A stretch of DNA of 64,000 nucleotides from Candidatus Krumholzibacteriales bacterium (GTDB lineage Bacteria; Krumholzibacteriota; Krumholzibacteriia; Krumholzibacteriales; WJIX01): NCBI GenBank assembly GCA_046483305.1, contig JAWODM010000062.1, positions 4,385-68,384 on the forward strand, in the 5' to 3' direction. The first letter of the stretch is position 1; the number at the start of each line of letters is the position of its first letter. The position numbers and the translations under genes are program-made. Shown here piece after piece: positions 19,678 to 28,014 of this stretch. The notes beneath the pieces were generated by a model. That model searched no databases. It saw only the letters and a program-made list of their open reading frames with translations, and was not told where the DNA came from.

Positions 19678-19707
19678 TTGACATAGTTTTGCGAGGTTCG
19701 ATATAAT
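19678..19707 (+). promoter_or_regulatory. consensus sigma-70 promoter (TTGACA-18-TATAAT)
   Basis: TTGACA 19678-19683, TATAAT 19702-19707, in a non-coding region, pointing toward a terminator 140 nt downstream. Confidence 0.45.
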
Positions 19708-19713
19708 TGATAG

Positions 19714-19882
19714 TAGGAAAATCATTTGTATAACAGGTGATGTGATTTCAGGGGTTTCAGAACAAAATTTGATGCGGTTTTGCTCTAAGATATGGTTTGT
19801 GAGATCCGTGACACGCCCTATGTTGTACAGGTAGTTTTCTCAGCAGGGGAATAAGGGATTCCGTCTTATTCCCTTTTGCTTT
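19714..19882 (+). ncRNA. candidate small RNA (about 165 nt) bounded by a consensus promoter and an intrinsic terminator
   Basis: No ORF with an RBS inside. Ends in hairpin GGGAATAAG-(9 nt)-CTTATTCCC followed by TTTTGCTTT (19847-19882). Identity unknown. Confidence 0.35.
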
Positions 19883-19931
19883 ATACAGCACTACCCTCCT
19901 TATCTACGGCAGTTCCGGTTGAAGAAGAAAG

Positions 19932-20006
19932 CGCCCCCGGCATGACTCGAACATGCGACACCCGGTTTAGGAAACCGATGCTCTATCCTAACTGAGCTAC
20001 GGGGGC
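19932..20006 (-). tRNA. tRNA-Arg (anticodon CCT)
   Basis: Manual fold: acceptor GCCCCCG/CGGGGGC, D-stem GCTC/GAGC, anticodon stem TCGGT/ACCGG with loop TTCCTAA, T-arm GCATG-TTCGAGT-CATGC. 75 nt, no encoded CCA. Confidence 0.85.
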
Positions 20007-20064
20007 GGAAGTGAAGCTTTTTATTATATTAATTACCGGAGCGGCTAATATCAAATAAAATTAT

Positions 20065-20580
20065 TCAATAAGTTATTATGGAAAATATATTTTTTCCCTC
20101 CAGAAGATCCCTGCCCCGCAGGGAGGAGAGTTCTATCAGGAAGCAGAGCTCATCTATCCTCCCTCCCAGATCCTCAATTAATTTACAGGTGGCGGCCGCG
20201 GTGCCTCCGGTAGCGAGCAGGTCATCTATGATCAGTACCTTCTCCCCATTTTCAATCGCGTCGGTATGTATCTCAAGAGTGGCCTCCGAATATTCCAGGG
20301 CGTAACTTTCCTTCAGCGTTTCGGAGGGCAGTTTCCCCTCCTTGCGAACAGGGACCAGGCCGGTCTTTAGGGTGTGCGCCAGTACTGATCCGAAAATGAA
20401 TCCCCGGGATTCTATGGCGGCTATCTTATCAATACCGCGATCCCGGTACCTCCTGTGCATTGTCCCGCAAATCTCTCCGAAAACCTCGGGCTCTATAAGA
20501 GCCGGGGTGATATCACGAAACAGGACTCCCTCTTTTGGAAAGTCCGGTATCTCCCTAATATACTTTCTTATATCAATCAT
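20065..20580 (-). CDS. apt: adenine phosphoribosyltransferase
   Basis: 171 aa with PRPP-binding motif VLIIDDLLATGGTAAAT and N-terminal IREIPDFPKEGVLFRDITP. Confidence 0.9.
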   Translation of the reverse strand: MIDIRKYIREIPDFPKEGVLFRDITPALIEPEVFGEICGTMHRRYRDRGIDKIAAIESRGFIFGSVLAHTLKTGLVPVRKEGKLPSETLKESYALEYSEATLEIHTDAIENGEKVLIIDDLLATGGTAAATCKLIEDLGGRIDELCFLIELSSLRGRDLLEGKNIFSIITY

Positions 20581-20598
20581 AAATTCAACCGTCTCCCT

Positions 20599-21405
20599 CT
20601 AAGTGTCGCGTTGCGCATCCAGAATTGCCTTGAGTTTACGGAGGGCTCTCTTTTCAAGCTGTCTGACCCTCTCTCTGGAAACATTCATTCTTCCTCCGAT
20701 ATCGGCCAGGGTATGCGGCGCACCGTCCGAAAAGCCGTATCTTATCTTCAGTATAAACTGTTCCCTGTCGGAAAGCCTTTTTATCAGTTCTGACAATTCC
20801 TCATGTTCTATCTGGTTCAGTATTATCTGCTCGGCGTCTATGCTTTCCTCAGCCTTTACGTTATCGGCGAGCTGATTGTACTTGTCTATGGTGTTGGAAA
20901 GGTCGAGAGCCCTGATATTCTTAATCAGCTGCTCCAGCGTCTTGAATCTCCTTTCGGATATACCCAGTTCCGCTCTCTTCTCCCTGGCGGTTAAACCCTC
21001 CAGGTCAAAATATTTTATCATGAGTTTGAAAATATGAATCGGAATTTTCAAGGTCCGGGAATAGTTGGCGACAGCTCTGGAGATATACTGCTTTATCCAC
21101 CAGGATGAGTAGGTGCTGAAGCGAAAGCCTCTCTCCGGGTCAAAACGGTCCACCGCCTTGATCAGGCCCATATTACCTTCTTCTATAAGGTCCAGGAATG
21201 GAACCGAGTGGTTGGTATAAGATTTTGCGATACTTATTACCAGCCTCAGATTCGACAGGATCATCTTCTTTTTCGCCTCTTCGTCTCCTTCCCTTACCCT
21301 GATGGCCAGCCGGTACTCCTCCTCCCTGCTCAGAGGTGGGTATTTGCTTACCTCCCTGAAATACTTTCTGGAAACGTCTTCAGTATCTCTTCTCTTATTC
21401 GCCAT
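20599..21405 (-). CDS. RNA polymerase sigma factor, sigma-70 family (group 2/3-like, 268 aa)
   Basis: Region 2 (EGNMGLIKAVDRFDPERGFRFSTYSSWWI) and region 4 HTH (TLADIGGRMNVSRERVRQLEKRALRKL). No region 1.1. Confidence 0.85.
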   Translation of the reverse strand: MANKRRDTEDVSRKYFREVSKYPPLSREEEYRLAIRVREGDEEAKKKMILSNLRLVISIAKSYTNHSVPFLDLIEEGNMGLIKAVDRFDPERGFRFSTYSSWWIKQYISRAVANYSRTLKIPIHIFKLMIKYFDLEGLTAREKRAELGISERRFKTLEQLIKNIRALDLSNTIDKYNQLADNVKAEESIDAEQIILNQIEHEELSELIKRLSDREQFILKIRYGFSDGAPHTLADIGGRMNVSRERVRQLEKRALRKLKAILDAQRDT

Positions 21406-21461
21406 TCATCCTCCCCGGCAGAGATGCTGATAAAATAGCCGATACCTGTTTTCAACTCTTA

Positions 21462-22010
21462 TTATAAATCAAGAAACAGTGATGGGTCGAGAGCTTTACT
21501 GTATTTTCTGATTTCAAAGTGAAGATGTATACCCGTGGCGTTACCGCTACTACCCGCTCTTCCAATCTTCTCGCCTCTTTCAACCTGCGTTCCCTCCTTG
21601 CACAGAATGGTTGACAGGTGAGCGTAAACAGTGTGATATCCCCTGCTATGACTTATTATTACAACCTTCCCGAAGCCGCTCTTTCTTCCGGCGAATTCAA
21701 TCACACCGGGCGCCGAAGATAGTACCGGCTCCCCCGCCCTGGCCCGGATGTCTATCCCCTTATGGAATTCCCTTATATTATGTCGGGGATTCTTCCTGAC
21801 TCCGAACCAGCTGGATATCCTGCTCCTTCTCAGATTATAGACCGGCGGAGAAAAGAACCCTTTTTCCGGATGAGGAGCAGGCTGAGGAGTAACCGTTCTG
21901 ACCCGGGATCTCTCTCCACCCCGGTATATTGGCGATTCGGTGCAGCCTGAGAAAAGAAGGACTGCAGCCATCGATATCGGCAGGGTTTTCTTTGCGGTGA
22001 GTAATCGCAT
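21462..22010 (-). CDS. M23 family metallopeptidase (LytM domain) lipoprotein
   Basis: Lipobox LLFSGC. HxxxD-like HKGIDI and GNATGIHLHFEIR motifs. Confidence 0.8.
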   Translation of the reverse strand: MRLLTAKKTLPISMAAVLLFSGCTESPIYRGGERSRVRTVTPQPAPHPEKGFFSPPVYNLRRSRISSWFGVRKNPRHNIREFHKGIDIRARAGEPVLSSAPGVIEFAGRKSGFGKVVIISHSRGYHTVYAHLSTILCKEGTQVERGEKIGRAGSSGNATGIHLHFEIRKYSKALDPSLFLDL

Positions 22011-22021
22011 TAATTTAAAAG

Positions 22022-22099
22022 TGGTCGGGGCGACTGGATTTGAACCAGCGACCTCCTGCTCCCGAAGCAGGCGCGCTAACCGGCCTGCGCCACGCCCCG
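22022..22099 (-). tRNA. tRNA-Pro (anticodon CGG), CCA encoded
   Basis: Manual fold: acceptor CGGGGCG/CGCCCCG, anticodon stem CCTGC/GCAGG with loop TTCGGGA, T-arm GCTGG-TTCAAAT-CCAGT, then ACCA. Confidence 0.85.
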
Positions 22100-22175
22100 A
22101 ACCTTTTTATTAAAATAAGATATCAATTATTATCGGCTAAAACAAACATTATTAAGCATTAAAAAATATATTAAC

Positions 22176-22790
22176 CTATATTCCCCAGAAAGATATTACT
22201 CCCATGCTGGCCAGTGTAACCACAGTTCCGGCGATCATGATCCCCCCCAGGATAGCCGGAACGGCGTGCTTAAGGGGGATCTTGAACAGAAAGGCGGCTA
22301 CGCAGCCGGTCCAGGCTCCGGTTATCGGAAGCGGTATGGCCACGAAGAGTATCAGCCCCACAGCCTCGAACCTTTCCACCATGGCGCTTCTGTTCATGGT
22401 CCTGGTAAACAACCAGGAGAAAAATCTCTCAAAGAGCCTGGAACGCTCCATCAGGAATTCGGATACCCTTCCCAGAAGAAGCAGAATCGGGATAACCGGC
22501 ACAAAATTCCCCACTACTGAAATAATATACGCCCTCTGCCAGGTCAACCCTCTGCTCAGCGCGAAAGGTATGGCGCCCCTCAGCTCCGATACGGGAAGGG
22601 TTGAAATGATGAAGGTAGCCAGTTCGTTCGGAAGGTCGGTCCCTACTGCTGAGGCTATAAACAAATTCAGCTCCCGGTTGAATGCGCTTTGAATGAAATC
22701 ACATGTCCTGCCGCCGCGGTAAATAACAGAGCGGCCGGGCAATTCAGTTGGTTCAAAAACAAATGAAGCAACAAGGGTTCCAGACAACAA
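22176..22790 (-). CDS. integral membrane protein, possible small multidrug export (PF06695-like) family
   Basis: ELRGAIPFALS motif and several TM helices. N-terminal about 50 aa non-hydrophobic, so the start is uncertain. Confidence 0.35.
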   Translation of the reverse strand: MLSGTLVASFVFEPTELPGRSVIYRGGRTCDFIQSAFNRELNLFIASAVGTDLPNELATFIISTLPVSELRGAIPFALSRGLTWQRAYIISVVGNFVPVIPILLLLGRVSEFLMERSRLFERFFSWLFTRTMNRSAMVERFEAVGLILFVAIPLPITGAWTGCVAAFLFKIPLKHAVPAILGGIMIAGTVVTLASMGVISFWGI

Positions 22791-22864
22791 TTAAATACAG
22801 ATAAAAAGAGATTTCAAGCTTAATAAATATTTATTACAGCCTCGGATTGGGCGATTCAGTTTTA

Positions 22865-23632
22865 TCAGGCCTCATTGAAATCAAGGTTCCAGCTTTCAAG
22901 CTCTATCATCATGCTGTAATCGGTCATTGAGATGGTAAGGGGAGTTATTGATATGTTCCCTGATTTTATGGCATGAAAGTCAGTTTTCTCCTCATCTTTC
23001 CACCCTGGATCCCCTCCCCCGATCCAGTAATATTTTCTGCCCCTCGGATCGAATTTCTCTATTATCAGGTCGTTGTATACCCTGGATCCGAGTTTGGTCA
23101 CCTTTATTCCTTTTATGCTGCTGCCTGGCAAAGGAGGAACATTGACATTCAGAAGCACTTTATGGTCTTTTTCCTCCTCGATTATTTTGCCGGCCAGGTA
23201 GGCGGAGGCCTCGGCGGCCGGCTCGAATGTTCCGCTGCCGTAGGAAGTAACAGAAACAGCCATCGAATCTATTCCGAGTATATGTCCCTCTATGGCGGCA
23301 CCGACCGTTCCTGAGTATATTACATCCTCTCCCATGTTGGGGCCGTCGTTGATTCCGGATACTATAATGGCGGGTTTCTTCTTCATTATCCTGTAAACCG
23401 CCATTATGACGCAATCGGCAGGAGAACCGCTTACGCTGTACCAGGAGTCTCTGTACTCCTTGATCCGGAGAGGGCTGTTAAGCGTAATGGAATGGCTGGA
23501 AGCGCTCTGCTCCGACTCCGGAGCTACCACGGTCACCTGTCCCAGTGGCGCCAGGCTCTCTGCCAGAATCTCCAGGCCCTGAGCCCCGATTCCGTCATCA
23601 TTGGTAATCAGTATATCTATATCTCTATTCAT
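22865..23632 (-). CDS. surE: 5'/3'-nucleotidase SurE
   Basis: ILITNDDGIGAQGL N-terminus and NVNVP motif, 255 aa. Confidence 0.9.
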   Translation of the reverse strand: MNRDIDILITNDDGIGAQGLEILAESLAPLGQVTVVAPESEQSASSHSITLNSPLRIKEYRDSWYSVSGSPADCVIMAVYRIMKKKPAIIVSGINDGPNMGEDVIYSGTVGAAIEGHILGIDSMAVSVTSYGSGTFEPAAEASAYLAGKIIEEEKDHKVLLNVNVPPLPGSSIKGIKVTKLGSRVYNDLIIEKFDPRGRKYYWIGGGDPGWKDEEKTDFHAIKSGNISITPLTISMTDYSMMIELESWNLDFNEA

Positions 23633-23676
23633 TGCTGTACATCAAACCCTGTTAAATATTTGCTCAAGGAATGAAT

Positions 23677-24375
23677 TTACCAGAAAACAGACCTGAAAAC
23701 CAGCGATATAAATCTTATGGTGTCTATAAACGGATTAATGCTGCTGGTTTCGTCTTTGTATATTGTGTCAATGGGGATCTCCGATATGATGAATCCTTCC
23801 CTGCCCGCCCTTATCAGTATTTCGCTCTCGGCGTCATAATGGCTGCTGTTCATCTTGTCAAAACGGTTCAGCACCTCGATACTGAGAAGCCGGTAGCCGG
23901 ACTGGCTGTCTCTTATATGGCTGCCCGACAGCCGGCTGATCACTGACGAGGTTGTTTTATTGGTTAATTTTCTTATCAGAGGCATTCCCTCAATGTCGTG
24001 CATCCTGCTTCCAATTATTATATCCGCTTCGGTTTCACGGAACTGATTTATAAAATCAGGTATCATAGCGGGATTGTGCTGCCCGTCCGCATCTAAGGCA
24101 ATAACAGCGGAGATACCGGGCCGGGAAGCTGCTTCTCTGAATCCCGAACTCAAAGCGGCTCCCTTTCCGCGGTTGGCGCGGTGCCGGATGACTTTTATCC
24201 CAACTGCCGACGCAGCCTCGGCAGTGGAGTCCGAAGAACCGTCATCCACCACAATAACGTTTCCGGGAGGCAAACCCTGTTCGAGAACACCCTCTATTAC
24301 GCCCCTGATCTTTCCGCTTTCATTGAAGGCGGGTATGATTACCGCGATATCGCTGTTATCCCCGGTGCTTCTCAT
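23677..24375 (-). CDS. GT2 glycosyltransferase (polyprenyl-phosphate mannose/glucose synthase-like)
   Basis: DIAVIIPAFNE, VIVVDDGSSD and DADGQH motifs of GT-A family 2 (DPM1-like). The listed ORF start (24468) overlaps tRNA-Pro, so an internal ATG at 24375 is used. Confidence 0.75.
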   Translation of the reverse strand: MRSTGDNSDIAVIIPAFNESGKIRGVIEGVLEQGLPPGNVIVVDDGSSDSTAEAASAVGIKVIRHRANRGKGAALSSGFREAASRPGISAVIALDADGQHNPAMIPDFINQFRETEADIIIGSRMHDIEGMPLIRKLTNKTTSSVISRLSGSHIRDSQSGYRLLSIEVLNRFDKMNSSHYDAESEILIRAGREGFIISEIPIDTIYKDETSSINPFIDTIRFISLVFRSVFW

Positions 24376-24423
24376 GAGTAATGGAAATGCCCCTATTCTT
24401 CCACAGGTACCAGTTGGTGAAAA

Positions 24424-24500
<77 letters not shown>

Positions 24501-24598
24501 ACTCAGAATTAATCTATATCTTATATTGATAAAATACAAGCCAATTTTAAGGATGAAGTCATAACGGGCCGTATAATTGATCGGCAATACGGCGCCGG

Positions 24599-24976
24599 TT
24601 AAAGCTTATCCACCATTTCCTTCAGTTCGGTGAGATCTTTCTTCAGCGATAAGATGATTTCCCTGTTTTCGGGATCGGAAAACGGGATATTCAGTTGCTG
24701 AACCAGAAGGTCAGGGTTATTATGCGATTCGTTCATTTTCTTCCGGGCGCCGTCTATCTTGTAGCCCCGCTCGTAAAGCAGTGTCTTTATGCTGAGGAGG
24801 TACTTGATATCACTTATCCTGTAGCTCCTGTTTCCAGCCCTGTTCTTCTTCGGATTCAGCTTGGGGAATTGGGTTTCCCAGTAACGGAGTACATGAGGTT
24901 TTACCCCTACCAGTTCGCTTACCTCCCCGATAGAATAATAAAGTTTAGTCATTGTTCTAGTCATAGTCTGTTTCAC
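24599..24976 (-). CDS. MerR family transcriptional regulator
   Basis: N-terminal MerR HTH (YSIGEVSELVGVKPHVLRYWE) and C-terminal coiled coil. Confidence 0.8.
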   Translation of the reverse strand: MKQTMTRTMTKLYYSIGEVSELVGVKPHVLRYWETQFPKLNPKKNRAGNRSYRISDIKYLLSIKTLLYERGYKIDGARKKMNESHNNPDLLVQQLNIPFSDPENREIILSLKKDLTELKEMVDKL

Positions 24977-25005
24977 CCGGCTAAATTAATAGATTCTTAT
25001 CCCTC

Positions 25006-26031
25006 CTAATACATCTCTTTCTTGGCTTTTCTGAGCATCAGGTCTCTGATGGCGTTCTCTGGGTGCTTTCGGTGAAAGAGTACGCTGTAGACCTGTTCGG
25101 CAATGGGGAGTTCAACCCTATGCTTCTTACCGAGTTTAACCGCCGCACGGGTAGTCTTTATCCCCTCCACTATCATAACCATGTCGTCCAGTATCTCCCT
25201 GAGTTTCTTCCCCTTTCCGATCTGCTCGCCGAAGTAACGATTCCGGCTGTGCCTGCTCATACATGTCACTATCAGGTCCCCCACACCTGAAAGCCCGCTG
25301 AATGTCTCTTTCCTGGCTCCCAGCTTCACAGCCAGGCGCTTGATCTCGGCCAGCCCCCTGGTAATAAGGGCGGCTTTGGTGTTATCTCCGTAACCGAGCC
25401 CATCGCATATCCCGGCGGCAATGGCGATGGTATTCTTGAGCGATACCCCGATTTCCACCCCCACCAGGTCCGTATTGGTGTACACCCGGAAGTGATTGGA
25501 CATAAAGAGTTTCTGAACCTTCCTCAAGACTTCCTGGTTTTCGCCCGCCGCCACTACCGATGTCGGCATTTTCCTGCTCACCTCTTCGGCGTGGCTTGGC
25601 CCCAGCAGCCCGGTTATCAGACTGCTTCTCTGGGGGAGTTCTTCAATCAGTACCTCGCTCATCCTGCAGAGTGTCTTTTCCTCCAGTCCCTTCGAGGCGT
25701 TGATCACCACCGCCCTGCGGTTGAGAGTGCTCTGAGAGGCCACATTGAGGGCCACTTCCCGCACCGTGTGACTGGGTGTGACAAACACAATGTAATCGCT
25801 TCCCTCCAGGGCTTCTCTCAGGCCGGAGGTAATCCTGATGGACCAGGGAATGGAAATACCCGGAAGGAAACGGATGTTCTCATGGTCACGCTTCAGGGCT
25901 TCCGCCTGCTCGCCGAACTTCTCCCACATGGTGACACGGTGGCCGTTGTCGGACAGGAGGATGGCTATACTGGTTCCCCAGCTTCCTGCTCCCAGAACGG
26001 TTACACTTTCCTTTTTTCTCTTCGAAGGCAT
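25006..26031 (-). CDS. gpsA: NAD(P)H-dependent glycerol-3-phosphate dehydrogenase
   Basis: Rossmann VTVLGAGSWGTSIAILL and GPSHAEEV motifs. Internal ATG at 26031 (ATGA overlap with the plsY stop) gives the canonical length of about 340 aa; the listed ORF has a spurious 77-aa extension. Confidence 0.9.
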   Translation of the reverse strand: MPSKRKKESVTVLGAGSWGTSIAILLSDNGHRVTMWEKFGEQAEALKRDHENIRFLPGISIPWSIRITSGLREALEGSDYIVFVTPSHTVREVALNVASQSTLNRRAVVINASKGLEEKTLCRMSEVLIEELPQRSSLITGLLGPSHAEEVSRKMPTSVVAAGENQEVLRKVQKLFMSNHFRVYTNTDLVGVEIGVSLKNTIAIAAGICDGLGYGDNTKAALITRGLAEIKRLAVKLGARKETFSGLSGVGDLIVTCMSRHSRNRYFGEQIGKGKKLREILDDMVMIVEGIKTTRAAVKLGKKHRVELPIAEQVYSVLFHRKHPENAIRDLMLRKAKKEMY

Positions 26032-26645
26032 CAGAATATCCTCTTTTCTGTTCCGTTTCTCAATCTCTGGATATTTGACCTGTGTTTGTAGACCACTACC
26101 ACCGATACAATGACCGAAAGCGCCACAGCAAGAATATTGATATCTCTTCCCATGTAATATTTTGATACAAGTACCGCCAGCGGGAGGGCTATCGATGCCG
26201 CTATGCTCGCCAGAGAGACTATTCTGGTGGTTAGAAGCAGGGTCAGCCATATAAGGAGGCATATCAGCACCGCAACCGGAACTATCGCCAGGAATGCGCC
26301 TGTAGTTGTACCTACCCCCTTACCTCCCGAGAATCTTACAAACACCGAGTAATTATGCCCCAGGATGGCCATCAGGGCAGCAAGAGCGATAAAGGCGAAG
26401 TTATCGATTCCAGCCATTGATACAAGTTTTACCGCAAGAAATCCTTTGCCTATATCGATTATCAGAACCGGAACGGCAGCCTTCGCTCCAAGGATCCTGA
26501 AGGTGTTGGCCGCTCCGAGGTTGCCGCTGCCGTAATCTCTCAGATCGATCCCCCTCAGCATTTTCGCCATTATAAAGCTCGAAGGAATTGAACCGAGCAG
26601 ATAGCCCGACGCCGCAATCCCCAGAATTTTCAGAAAAAGCTCCAT
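26031..26645 (-). CDS. plsY: glycerol-3-phosphate acyltransferase PlsY
   Basis: SGNLGAAN(T) motif and multi-TM protein of about 200 aa. Start taken at MELFLKIL. Confidence 0.9.
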   Translation of the reverse strand: MELFLKILGIAASGYLLGSIPSSFIMAKMLRGIDLRDYGSGNLGAANTFRILGAKAAVPVLIIDIGKGFLAVKLVSMAGIDNFAFIALAALMAILGHNYSVFVRFSGGKGVGTTTGAFLAIVPVAVLICLLIWLTLLLTTRIVSLASIAASIALPLAVLVSKYYMGRDINILAVALSVIVSVVVVYKHRSNIQRLRNGTEKRIF

Positions 26646-26646
26646 A

Positions 26647-27972
26647 CTAATGCTCCCTTGAATTGAATAACAGTCTAACAGCTGTCCCCTCAAAGGTAAA
26701 CACTTTTCTTAATTGATTATTAATATAACGCCTATAAGATCTTGGGAAATAACTGGAATTGTTAACAAAAAGCTTGAAGGTTGGAGGTTCTATGTCTATC
26801 TGGGTCCCGTAGTATATCTTTCCGGTTCCCCCCTTGTAGAATGAAGGGGGGTTCTGTTCCGTTATTCTGCCCAGTTCCCTGTTAAAAACCGGGGTAGGGA
26901 TACGTTTGGTCCTCTCCTCCTGAATGGTGAAACAGAGAGGAAGTATTCTGCTGATCCTCTTGCCTGAAAGAGCTGAAACAGTTATCATCGGAGCATACTG
27001 TACGAAGGGAAGAGAATCATAGACCATCTTCCTGAAATCCCCGAAACTGAACTGATCGGTGTCGACCAGGTCCCATTTGTTGAATACTATTATCAATCCC
27101 TTCCTCGATTTATGAGCTAATGATATCACCCGCATATCCTGCCTGGTTATGCTGTAGCGGGATGCGTCGATGATCGCCAGCACTACATCTGCCTGATCCA
27201 CGCTCCTGAGTGATTTCATGGTGGTAAGCCCTTCCAGCCCCCTCTCCTTCTTATATTTCTTTTTTATTCCCGCAGTATCAACAATCACTACATCTTTGCC
27301 GTGATACTTCAGGTGAAGGTTTATGCTGTCTCTGGTCGTTCCGGGGGTTTCTGATACTATGTTTCTCTCATCACCGATGAGGCGGTTGAGGACGGAGCTC
27401 TTGCCCACATTCGGTTTCCCTATGATCGCAATATTGAGCGCTTCCTTTTCTTTTCTCAAAGGAGGCCTGGAAGATGGCAGCCTTTCGACCACTTCATCAA
27501 GAAGATCTCCTACCCCCCTGCCCTGTATGGCGCTGACTGGAAACAGCCTGCTGAAGCCGAGAGAATAAAACTCATTTACAGCGGGAATCATCTGCTCGTT
27601 ATCGACCTTGTTGACAGCGCAGATGATTTTGTCATACATTCTCCGGATGTTATTGAACAGAGACTGGTCTTCGCTGGTTAAACCGGTCAGAGCGTCAACC
27701 AGAAATATAATAAGGTCGGCCCTCCGGGAGTATTCCAGCACTCTTCTGGTAATCTCCTCATTGAGGTAGCTCCCCCTGGTAAAGCAGAATCCCCCGGTAT
27801 CGATTATCTTGAATCTGCTGCCGTTCCAGGATACTATTTCTTCAATGGTATCCCTGGTGACACCTGGAGTTGAGTGGGTAATTGCTTCTCTTTTGCCGAC
27901 TATGCGGTTGAAGAGAGTCGACTTGCCGGAATTCGGCTTCCCCACTATTACCACGCTGAATTCTCCGCTCAT
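26647..27972 (-). CDS. der: ribosome biogenesis GTPase Der (EngA)
   Basis: Two tandem GTPase domains (GKPNSGKST, DTGG; GKPNVGKSS, DTAG) plus a KH-like C-terminal domain, 441 aa. Confidence 0.95.
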   Translation of the reverse strand: MSGEFSVVIVGKPNSGKSTLFNRIVGKREAITHSTPGVTRDTIEEIVSWNGSRFKIIDTGGFCFTRGSYLNEEITRRVLEYSRRADLIIFLVDALTGLTSEDQSLFNNIRRMYDKIICAVNKVDNEQMIPAVNEFYSLGFSRLFPVSAIQGRGVGDLLDEVVERLPSSRPPLRKEKEALNIAIIGKPNVGKSSVLNRLIGDERNIVSETPGTTRDSINLHLKYHGKDVVIVDTAGIKKKYKKERGLEGLTTMKSLRSVDQADVVLAIIDASRYSITRQDMRVISLAHKSRKGLIIVFNKWDLVDTDQFSFGDFRKMVYDSLPFVQYAPMITVSALSGKRISRILPLCFTIQEERTKRIPTPVFNRELGRITEQNPPSFYKGGTGKIYYGTQIDIEPPTFKLFVNNSSYFPRSYRRYINNQLRKVFTFEGTAVRLLFNSREH

Positions 27973-28014
27973 AACTGTTCCCTTTTTTCAATCCGTCGAT
28001 GAATTTCCGGAATA

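Noticed and set aside
25492-26113. 199-aa and 91-aa plus-strand ORFs antisense to gpsA/plsY
   Set aside because: Shadow ORFs opposite well-supported genes.
25006-26262. N-terminal 77-aa extension of gpsA in the listed ORF
   Set aside because: Extension overlaps the plsY 3' end and lacks homology. Internal ATG with ATGA coupling gives the canonical GpsA length.
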